From: Lingula anatina | Lineage: Eukaryota; Animalia; Brachiopoda | Direction: 5' to 3' | DNA length: 64,000 bases | Assembly: GCA_051362555.1 (NCBI GenBank) | Contig: CM120647.1 | Coordinates: 7,812,001-7,876,000 of the forward strand | In this document: piece by piece, positions 54,836-64,000 of the stretch | Layout: each line of letters starts with the position of its first letter | How positions within the stretch are numbered: position 1 is the stretch's first letter | Program-made: the position numbers and the translations under genes | The notes under the pieces: model-generated | Told to the model about the DNA's origin: nothing | Databases searched by the model: none | Seen by the model: the letters and a program-made list of their open reading frames with translations, nothing else

Positions 54836-55686
54836 TTTTTTCCTGCAGACCTTCGAACAGCGATTTCGTCACCTGTAAATACGTACCGGCTTATAAAGAA
54901 ATCTTTGGGAGGGGTTGAATTTATACCAGTGACAACGGAACAATAATATTAAGGTCAATTGGCCTTATATACGAAAGGCGGAACGGGATCTGGTTGGGTA
55001 AATTTTGGGCCTATTAAACGTGTTAAAACTCATTATATTTAATTGATATCGGATGTGGTTTTCTGCTCAACAAGTCTATCTTTGATGTATTTAATCGATT
55101 CAACGAGAAAAGGTATTGATAATTGTTTTAAATTGAAACTCAAATACGTGTAAAGCATATTAGCATTCAAACCAGGTGATTGTAATTATCACTTTGGGGG
55201 AAAGGGGTAACTTTTTTTTACCAGCAGACACCAAGACTATATTTTAACATGACTCCAACTAAAATTTTGAAGTGTTAAAAACAACTGATCTAATGACAAA
55301 CACAAGTTGTTTATGTCAACCAAATAATACATTTGTTTTAACAAGCCTGTCATGCATGCTTAACAATGATATGGGAAACCAAGCACAAAAATCACTCTCT
55401 TATGGCCATTTTAACTATATATGTGGAATTACCCTTCACCCAAAATCAAAGGCAGAACACCCTAAATTGACCATTTCATTAATTAAAATGTAATCATCTG
55501 TCACTTGTTTTCATAATTACTACTGCACGACCTTGAAATGTCCATAACAAGATATATGGTTTGGCAGATGGAATGTAACTAAAACATGAGAGCATCTCTT
55601 CACTGTATATTGTTGCTAAGTGTCAGAACTGATGTAATCTCGCAATCCTTTCCGTCTGGCTGTCTGGTTGTTTTCCTTCGTGCTGG

Positions 55687-56044
55687 TGTAACGTGACAGA
55701 GAGGCCCCCATAACAGAGAGTCCGCTTCCCATTCATTTGTACAGGGTGAGCCTCGCCCTAGATTTTGACCCACTTAGGTCAGACAAACCCTAACCATTAT
55801 AACTATATGGAGGGCGGACTCTCTGTTACACGGACCCTCAGTTTCATTACACTGGTATCACAGGAATGGTCATCCTGGGAATGGAAGTCCAGTGTAACAA
55901 AACTGAGGGTAACAGTTAGTCCGCCCTCTATTTAGTTTTAATGGTTAGGGTAAGCTTGACCTAAGCGGGTCAAAATCAAGGGCGAGGCTTACCTGTACCA
56001 ATGAAGCGGATTCTCTATCATGGGTGACTCTCTGCCACGTTACA
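55687..56044. mobile_element. long-TIR foldback MITE (~360 bp, arms ~170 bp)
   Basis: TGTAACGTG.CAGAGAG..GAGCCTCGCCCT.GATTTTGACCC.CTTAGGTCA..TTACACTGG mirrored on the right arm; half copy at ~46845-47010. Confidence 0.8.
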
Positions 56045-57371
56045 GGTCTTTCCTATGTTCTGGAATGAGGTAGGCCCTATATTTGTAGTTTCCAACTGAA
56101 AATGCCATACAGCTATCAACTCCACCCTCTGCGCAGGGAGTGACTGCCAAATGTGAACTTTCATAAAGAAATGCAATAGCGATTAACTACACAAACGATG
56201 TTTAAAAGGTTCCATCTGTTATAATTAAGCATATAATAGCAATAAAAATGCTGTGTGTCACTCGGAGGCCGATGAAGATGCCCGTAGGTACATCGAAGTA
56301 TTTTTCATGAGAGAAAAAAATTGAAATTAGTTTATGACGAAAGAGTATTTTCATTGGTACTACACAAATGATTAGCAACAACAAGACTCAAATTTGTTCT
56401 CATAATTCCCTAATTTTAAATTTTAATAGAACTTGCCATATAAGAATAACTTATTGTTGAAATTTAATAACTTAAGAATAAACTGTTACACCCATCTTTT
56501 CGTTGTAAAAATAAATATTATAATAATTATTATTATTGTTAAAAATGGTTCATAAATTTAGTGTATCTATATTACCCAACAATCCTTTTACTGAAAAACT
56601 GAACATAAAGCTTCTTAAGTCTCAATAGCTGGGTACTATCCATGTCAAAGACCAGCTATGTTTTGCATACTTAGAAATATTTATGCTTATTTATTTTTTA
56701 TTTTTCTCTTTCATTTTATGTATATTTTTTCTCATTTTTTTACATAATTATTAATAGCCAAATGCCCCTGTGGTACAACAACATCTCTTGTGATATAACC
56801 GTGTGAACAACAAAATGAAATGAAAATGAAAAAAGAATAGAATAAATAAAGTAAACACCCATATCCGTTTTCGACGAACATTTTATTATTTATTTTACTT
56901 CTTCCAGTCTCCTGTAAGGACAAAATTCGCACATATTACGAACGAATTATAGTTTAGGATGTGAATTAATAATTCGCACAACACAATGTTCTTAATGGCT
57001 ATTGCAGTGGGATTTTACAGAAACTTTAAGACAATAATAGATCACCAGGTTTTTTTATATTCCGCCATCTGTCCTAATGAAGCTATAGTATTTGTGGTTA
57101 AGGTCGTGTCACATTAAAACGGCTTTCAGTCCCTCTTTTATCCTGAAAAACGAAAAGAAATGATAAAATTTAATTATACGTATATTATATTGACTTAATT
57201 ATAGTTCAATTATCTTAGAATATATTTCAGCTGTGAAGAAAGTCGTGGAACGAACAACTATTATAATTGTTTCTCATGTGGGACATAACACCGATTTAGA
57301 TTTTAGAATATTTTGTATTTAAATACTTTAGAAACATGAAAATAAAAACACGTGCAGAAAAATAAATGAGG

Positions 57372-57417
<46 letters not shown>

Positions 57418-57650
57418 AATATTATTAAATATTTCAGTTGTGCAGTTAAGACTTAACTGGGACGAGTGCTAGATAATAGTTTTGATTTTCATGTAGTGCG
57501 AGTTGAGGGGGCGAGAGAGAATGAGGGCGAGAGAGAGAGAGAGCAATATGAGGATATTTCAGTTGTGCAGATTAAGGTAGGACACGTGTCAGATACTAGT
57601 TTTGATTATCATGCGGTGTGAGTTGACTCTCTACCTACTTGTCTACCTAC

Positions 57651-58425
57651 CTATTTATACGGAGTCTCCGTATAACATTCGTCGTACGGGTCACCATAGT
57701 AGTTTGGCAGGCACAGACATTCCCAATCTGGTAGTTTACAGGCGCCGTCATATCGGACCTGCAGGTTCGGTTCAAACCTCACGCATACCGCGTTTATGCC
57801 ACAGAAAGGTGGCTTTGCGTTTCCAACTGAAAATGAAAAAGATACATTAGTGAATATAATTGATTTTGAATTGAATTGAAAAGTAAGTCAATGTTAAATA
57901 TGGAAGGGTATTCTGATAACGTATACAAACGACAAAATAAAAACAGTACGAATAAATCGATGTTTGTATATGTGTGTTTGTGTGTAAACAAAAATGAAGA
58001 ATAGGCACTCTCCTGGCCTTGGCTTATAACAAATATTATAATGAATAATGTATAATTTCGCCAGCTCATTATTATCACCTTTCACTTTTGCTGACCAATT
58101 TTGAATTGCAAAGACACGTGTTAGGGCACCATATATATATAAATGCACAATTAATCTGTTTTGCACTGTTTTATAACACATTTTTTTACAACAAGAACAA
58201 ATTTTGGAATTAGGACAAATTGTTTGGCGGGTCCTTCATATAGATGTACCTATCACCACCTGTAGGTCAATACAAAAATTATTTGTTCCGCTTCCCTAAC
58301 TTGATAAGTAAGTGCAAACGTCAAAAATACTCCCGGTGGAGCACGCACTCTTAGTAGGTTATAAACTAGGCCTATATTAGGCCTACAACTACGGAATCAA
58401 ATCTACAAAAATGAAATGGGTTTAC

Positions 58426-58475
<50 letters not shown>

Positions 58476-58978
58476 GGTGACTACATGACGTCTAGCAGGC
58501 AGCCACATTCCCATATCCAGACGGGCCTGGTAATGCCAATGGACCGTTCCACAAAAAAATGACGAGCATGCGCCACCTATGTTATGCGTGTTACATTCTG
58601 GCATTTTAAGAGATAATAACAAAAACCAAACTTAAAAAGCTATGAATGACGGAATGGCGTTACATTCTGGTATTTCAAGAGATTATTACAAAAACCTTTG
58701 ACCGACGGAATGGATTCATTTTATTGGTAAGCATAGGAAAATTGTCGTTTAGCTGAGGAAAATCAGATTTATGCCACGTTTCCTGACAAAATGATCAGTT
58801 TTTACATGTATCCTTTAAAGGTCGATGCCCTACTGGTACATGAAAGGAGATCAGTTTATAAAAAGCGAAATTTCCATTTTCATATTAAAGCGATTTGTCG
58901 ATATACTTATTAAAAAACGAAAAACTTACCCACAAACAGCAAGCTCAGACACAAGGCAACTATTAAAAACGTCTTCAT
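57651..58978 (-). CDS. EGF-like Cys-rich secreted peptide A3 (74 aa): MKTFLIVALCLSLLFVVGNA-KPPFCGINAVCVRFEPNLQVRYDGACKLPDWECLCLPNYYGDPYDECYTETPYK*
   Basis: exons 58978-58930 (G|GTAAGT) and 57826-57651 (TTTTCAG| acceptor; TAG|GTAGGT); 3'UTR exon from 57142; TATAAATA at 59068-59061. Confidence 0.9.
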
Positions 58979-60497
58979 CTTTTCTCTGGAGATCTCTTCC
59001 TTTGTTGCTGCAAACTTAAACCCGATTTGGCTTATTTGAGAAAATCTTAGGCAGAATTTGTATTTATACCAACTAATACGGTATAATTACATAGTAGATA
59101 ATGATATGAGATAGTCAAACGTAATCTGATTGGACTAACTTCAAGTCCATTATGAAGGTGCGTCAGCACACAGTTAAAATAACATCAACCTAAGGTGTCT
59201 CAAATTTGGGCATGTCTTTGAAACTGTCAAGGTGATGACAGGTGCAAAAAGTTCGCAAGGGGGTGGTGAATTTGAATTTATGGTATTTATCTGGCTAAAT
59301 AATGATAAAAACGTTGTCTTGTATTCCTATGGTGTCTCATATAAAGTTCGTGGTGTCTTATTTTTTCACTGAATATTATTAAGGATGACTTTTCTAGCTT
59401 GCTGTTTTTAAAGGATTGACAGTGTAATACCAGAAAAGTAAGATTAACAATTTAATATAAAGAAAAGTAACTTTTCCCTCTCGTTACTTTTGGGACCTTC
59501 GCAATCTGTTACCAAAAGAAGTGAGATTGACAACCTGCCACAAAAAAAGTATTTTACGTACGTTATGTGTTTTAAAATCACCTTGTCAATTCAAGTATAT
59601 GTTATTTTAATACAAGTATAGTTTCACTAAATATCTCGCAAACAAAGAATATGCTTTAACCCCTAAATGCTGAGTGGACAGAGACAATATATGTTACAGG
59701 TTCACACAGAACCAAATGACCGTCTATTTATCAAAAGACATATCTGCGAATATCTTCTGAAAAATTAATATATGGCCCTGGTAGAGGGTATCCACACACG
59801 TGCTGTTGCAAATCAAATTCTGTTCAGCAAAATTAATTACAAAGGTAATAAAATGCCTTCTCGTACATTACAATGTACGTGTAGAGCGTTGGTGTTAGGC
59901 CTATGCCTAACGCACAGCAAAAACCTCCAAGACGAAAAAAATGTAAAAAATTGGTTTGTATCACGACTTTCTTCACATTCCAAGTATCTTGTGTGTGTTA
60001 GGATAAACAAATTAACACAAAAATATATGAAAATCTACCCACTTGCTTTTATTTTTAGTTTTAAAACGGACGTACAACCGTACCACGTGACACGTTCACA
60101 ACCACAAATGGTTTCATAATGGCAAGTTACGTGTGATAAAAAGGCTGCGGTCATCTATTATGTGAGTTACGTTGCTGTAAAATTCCACTGCCACAATCAT
60201 TAAGAAAGACAAGATTGATTCAAATTCTATACACACGAATCTGTTTGTGAAGTTTTCAGTTTTATGGGATGGAGTGGATAATACATGTGTACTGAAAGCG
60301 GTTATGGTTGTTCAGTTCACTTATTCTGTTACCTTTGACATCCACTTTTTTATCTTATTAAGGGGAGAATGTCATGAGTTGCAACTCAAATCGTCCCAGT
60401 AAAATTATCAATACGTTTGAACTTTCGTATAGAGTGAAGGTCATTTAACCAAATTAGAACAACGTGTGACACAGAAGTAAAATTTCTATCTAAGAAA

Positions 60498-60539
<42 letters not shown>

Positions 60540-60637
60540 TTCTTTCGAGACCAAATGACAGGAAAATTGAGATATTTAGTGGAAAAATACTTGTATTGAA
60601 ATGACATACATGTATACTTGAAGTGACAAGGTGATTG

Positions 60638-60675
<38 letters not shown>

Positions 60676-61063
60676 TTTTTTGTGTTGGTTTGACCTTTTT
60701 GACTTAATCTGAATACAAGACGACGTTTTTTATCTTTATCTTAAAAGATAAATGCAATGAATTGACGTCGAAAAAGTCAAATTTACCAACCCCTGACGAA
60801 CTTTTTGCACCTACCAACACCTTGACAGTTTTAAAGACATGCCCAAATTTAAAGCACCATAGCTTGATGTTTTTTTAACTGTGTGCTGACGCACCTTGAT
60901 AATGGACTTGAAATTAGTCCAATCAGATTACGTTTCGACTTTCTAATATCATTATCCCCTTTATAATTGTACCGTATTAGTTGTTTCCTCAAATAAGCCA
61001 AATCGGGTTTAGGTTTGTACTGCCAGGGGAAGAAATAGTGGTTTGAAATACTGCAGGGAAAAG

Positions 61064-62534
61064 ATGAAGACGTTTTTGATTGTTGCCTTGTGTCTTAGCT
61101 TGTTGTTTGTGGGTAGGTTTTACATGTGCAAGTATAACGACAAATTGCTTGATATCAAAATGGAAATTTTGCATTTTTTTTAATTGCAGGGCACTGATAA
61201 AAACTGTTCATTTTGGCGAGAAAAGTGCCATGATTAATTTATTTCCAAACATCATAAATGCATTTGATTACACACACACACTCACACACACACACAAACA
61301 CGTGCGTGCAAACGCACACGTACACACAAAACACACACTGATATGTTGTATTCAGCGACTTTTATTCTATCGTTTACCCTTCTATATTTTACATTTAGTT
61401 TTCAATTCAGTTCATATACATGTCCTTTATATATTTAACTGATTCAACAGGGCCCATTCAGAACCAGTTGAGGTGCGAACTTACTAGTCCGCGGATCAAA
61501 ATGGCGCGCACTTGATAACGGGTTCCACGCACACTGCCCCAGCATGGGCAGAGCACTTAAATTTTGTCACGCCATATTTGACTCGCGGATCAGTTAGTCC
61601 ATGGATCAACTGGGTGTGAATGCTCTCTAAGTTTTGCATTCAGTCAGTCTTTCAAATAATACAGTGACAGGCCCGTAGCCGGGGGGGGGGGGGGGGGTCG
61701 GGGGGTTCAAAAGGACCCCCCTTTTTGCTGTTAAATGGTCCACTCTAGGTACATGGGGATTATATGGTAAAAGGTCCACTTTTTCAGAAAAAAAAAGCTC
61801 TTTGAAATTGCTGGCTACGAGCTTGAGTGAGATATTCATCAATCCTTTTTTTTTTGTATTTACAGCGAGCAACGCAAAGCCACCTTTCTGTGGCAAGAAC
61901 GCGGTATGCGTGAGGTTTGAACCCGACATTCAGATTCGATATGACGGTGCCTGTAAACTACCAATGTGGGAGTGCCTGTGCCTGCCATACTACTATGGTG
62001 ACCCGTACGACGAATGTTTTCAGGGGGGGAATGGGAAAAGTATGCACAGACTCACAAACTCACACTGCACGAAAATCAAAACTAGTATCTAACAGTTATT
62101 CCGTTTAAGTCTCGTTCTATAATAATAATAATAAGTTTATTGAGCACTGATTGATATGAATACATTTGCAGGATCACCAGACTACATTATTTTCAAAATA
62201 TATAAGGATATACATTCATATATGTTTACAAATGTAGTATGCTAAATTACACTTGTTAATGCATGTTATGCTATAAAATTAATTAATTAATTAATTAATT
62301 AATTAAGCTATTTACAGCACCATCAACAATTAGTGGCTGTGATGTACTAAATTGCAGGTGAACTATGAATTTTAACAGCAGTCTTTAAAAATTCTGCTAT
62401 TACTTTGAGACTTTTTCACAGGATGGATTAAGGAAAATTGACAATACCTGATTTACGACTTTCTTCACGGTTGAGAGTTAAGATAATACACGTATAATTA
62501 AAATTTATTCATTTGGTTTTATTTTTCAGAATAA
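61064..62534 (+). CDS. EGF-like Cys-rich secreted peptide A4 (75 aa): MKTFLIVALCLSLLFVASNA-KPPFCGKNAVCVRFEPDIQIRYDGACKLPMWECLCLPYYYGDPYDECFQGGNGKK*
   Basis: exons 61064-61112 (G|GTAGGT), 61866-62039 (TTTACAG| acceptor, A|GTATGC) and 62530-62534 (TTTTTCAG|AATAA). Confidence 0.9.
61668..61825. mobile_element. MITE with a 5-bp TSD in intron 1 of A4
   Basis: AGTGA|CAGGCCCGTAGCC...GGCTACGAGCTTG|AGTGA; the empty site ACAGTGAGATATT is present in A1 (~38190-38205). Confidence 0.85.
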
Positions 62535-63515
62535 AAGAAGGATGCGAAGCCGTTTAATGTGACACTGCCAAAACCACAAATACTATAACCTCACTGGGAC
62601 AGACTGCAGATTACGAAAATATCGTGGTGCTCTGTTATTAGTATTAAGTTACTGAAAAATCACTAAAACCATTGTAATTTGCCAAATATTAATTCACATC
62701 CTTTACAAACAATAATACATTTGTCAAATATGCGAATTTTGTCTTAAAGGGGAACTGCAAAGTATATAATAGGTAATAAATTGTGCAATGAAAACGGATA
62801 TGGGTGTTTGCTTTATTTATTCTATTCAATATTATTCTACAAAAAGATTCTATTTTGTTGTTTATACGCTTATATCAAAAGAGATGTTACTGTAGCACAG
62901 GCACTTTTGAAAATGAATGATTACATGAGAAAAAAGGTGAAAATGCATAAATGAATAGAAAATAAATGAAAGAAGAAATAAATAGATAAATAAATAAACA
63001 TAAACAAATAAATATGAGGTATAAAACTTGCTTTTTGAAACGGCTACTGCCACTTATGGAACTTCATGTTCATGTTCAGTTTTCATTTAAAGGATTGTTG
63101 GATAATATAGATACATGTACAACACATTTATGGACCAATCTTTAATAATAATTGTAATAATAATGATAATAATTATCATTTTTCAATAAAATATGTATGT
63201 ACTGCCTAATACTTTTAGTATTACTTAAAAGTAAGTTTATTTCTCAGAAATGATATAGGGGACGTTGAAATAATAATATCAATGATAATAATTTTATTGA
63301 TCACAAAATTTTTTATCATGAACACACTCTTACAAATTTTAAGAAATATAGGCAATGAGATATCTGCCACTAATTGATTTTCACTAGATAGTCATAGATG
63401 TGTCTCTGGCTTGTTTTGTACAATTTTCTCTACTGTGTCCAATTTGTTTGTATGGGGCCGATTTTATCAATCAGGCGGCATCTAGTTCCGATGCTGTAAA
63501 TGAATAATAATAGTA

Positions 63516-63548
<33 letters not shown>

Positions 63549-64000
63549 TATTCCTATATGACGTATAAATGTATATGTACACGCACAGGATGTTCCATTA
63601 AAAACGACCTATTTGACTTTCCATCTCAATTTTGATATACATGCATTTTGATATTTCAAACTTTCTTTCACTAAATTGTTCCATAGAGTGGCCATTTTAT
63701 CCTTGTAAATTCTGCAGAAATTTGAAACCTTAAATGTAGTCAAATTTCAATGATTGATAATGTGCTCTATCCACGCTCCTTGCTGCTGAATAACGGGGCC
63801 ACACGAACATTAAAATCTTGCAATGATGTCAGTAGGACTGTTTAGTAGACTGTATTCCCACAGATTTAGATCGATCCATCTGGATCGACCTAACTCCCTG
63901 GGGGTTCAAGCTAAATTGCAGTCAGCCGAGGTTAATTACCCCCTTACAGCTTTTAGTAGGCGGGACAGACATTTCAGCCGGCTAAGCTGACAGTAATCTA

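Noticed and set aside
37993-57826. One large multi-EGF protein made by splicing the Cys-rich exons together
   Set aside because: Each Cys exon has its own TATA box and signal exon, and several have in-exon stop codons

Overview
AT-rich, microsatellite-rich animal (probably invertebrate) genomic DNA with spliceosomal introns; most ORFs in the supplied track are spurious. The main signal is at 37-63 kb: six small multi-exon genes for secreted 70-76 aa precursors. They share an almost invariant signal-peptide exon (MKTFLIVALCLSLLFV) and a mature exon with the fixed framework C-x5-C-x14-C-x6-C-x-C-x11-C. That framework looks like an EGF module missing its first cysteine and carrying an extra one in the loop. 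There are two subtypes, Tyr/aromatic-rich 'A' (4 copies) and His/Lys-rich 'B' (2 copies), ordered A1-B1-A2-B2-A3 on the minus strand plus an inverted A4. Just upstream (29-34 kb) is a head-to-head pair of paralogous genes for ~85 aa secreted, single-cysteine coiled-coil peptides. The first 28 kb has no recognisable protein gene. It holds candidate exons of a spliced lncRNA/micropeptide transcript, a CpG-rich promoter-like island, decayed Penelope-like fragments and several MITEs. A 5'-truncated CR1/L2-type LINE and several non-autonomous DNA transposons are inserted within the peptide cluster. All gene models were assembled by eye; no database search was run.
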